This document shows positions 63,387-64,000 of a DNA stretch of 64,000 nt, piece by piece (the stretch's first letter is position 1; the number at the start of each line of letters is the position of its first letter). Under the pieces are notes generated by a model that did not search any database, was not told the DNA's origin, and was given only the letters and a program-made list of their open reading frames with translations. This DNA comes from Malacoraja senta (taxonomy: Eukaryota). The position numbers were made by a program, and so were the translations under genes. The stretch covers positions 2,852,001 to 2,916,000 of the forward strand of contig CM075988.1 of the NCBI GenBank assembly GCA_038087875.1, written 5' to 3'.

Positions 63387-63586
63387 NNNNNNNNNNNNNN
63401 NNNNNNNNNNNNNNNNNNNNNNNNNNNNNNNNNNNNNNNNNNNNNNNNNNNNNNNNNNNNNNNNNNNNNNNNNNNNNNNNNNNNNNNNNNNNNNNNNNNN
63501 NNNNNNNNNNNNNNNNNNNNNNNNNNNNNNNNNNNNNNNNNNNNNNNNNNNNNNNNNNNNNNNNNNNNNNNNNNNNNNNNNNNNNN
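63387..63586. other. Assembly gap (200 N)
   Basis: Run of N. Confidence 1.
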
Positions 63587-64000
63587 GGGTCTTCATTCAC
63601 TGGCGGCGGTTGCCTGTCACTGAAACAGGTAGGTGAGATTTCACATCCACCTTGTGTGTGTGTGTGTGTGTGTGTCTCTCCCTCCCTCCCTCTCACACAG
63701 GCTGAGAGACTCTGCCTCTGTGAGTGTATGTCTCTTTCTCCCCCTCTCCCTGGGCTCTTGTTGGTGTGTGAACAACATGGTGAGAATTATGGAATTGTAG
63801 CATCGCCGAAAGAAGCCAAAAGCCTCATCAAATCGCTATCACGTTTTTAAATGATAATTTAGTTAGTTCATTTTTGCCACTGAGCAAGCGGAATAACTTT
63901 CCCTTTGGGTAATGTTTTCCAGTTATTTTTGAAAAACAGGATTGAAGCTTGTTACCATCATTTTTTCAGGCAGTGCGTTCAGAGCCAGCGCCTCTCATTA

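Noticed and set aside
63345..63850. ORFs spanning the N run
   Set aside because: Artefacts of translating through an assembly gap.

Overview
Repeat-dense vertebrate genomic DNA with a 200-N scaffold gap at 63387-63586. The repeat families (HE1/V-SINE-type tRNA SINEs with CR1 tails, abundant CR1/HER1-type LINEs, Penelope terminal repeats) point to an elasmobranch, probably a skate or ray (inference). No host protein-coding exon could be identified. Most of the window is nested transposon debris: the 5' end of a DIRS element, a Penelope element interrupted by a Rex1/Babar LINE and a solo LTR, CR1, L1, Tx1, L2 and RTE fragments, four Harbinger-type MITEs, two hAT-like non-autonomous elements and one unclassified 1.6-kb TIR element. 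The unique sequence suggests the 5' end of an unidentified minus-strand host gene. The evidence is a CpG-island non-coding exon ending in GTAAGT at 40903, a candidate downstream exon at 31347-30922 carrying short ORFs, and a candidate upstream exon at 45876-45770. A 3.4-kb (CACACC/CGCACC)n array abuts that CpG island. The most notable patterns are about 20 Penelope-derived short repeats carrying a minimal hammerhead-ribozyme core, the promoter-adjacent hexamer array, an internal palindrome shared by four dissimilar Harbinger MITEs, and non-autonomous elements with Rex-type 3' tails. No clearly new biological system can be established from sequence alone.
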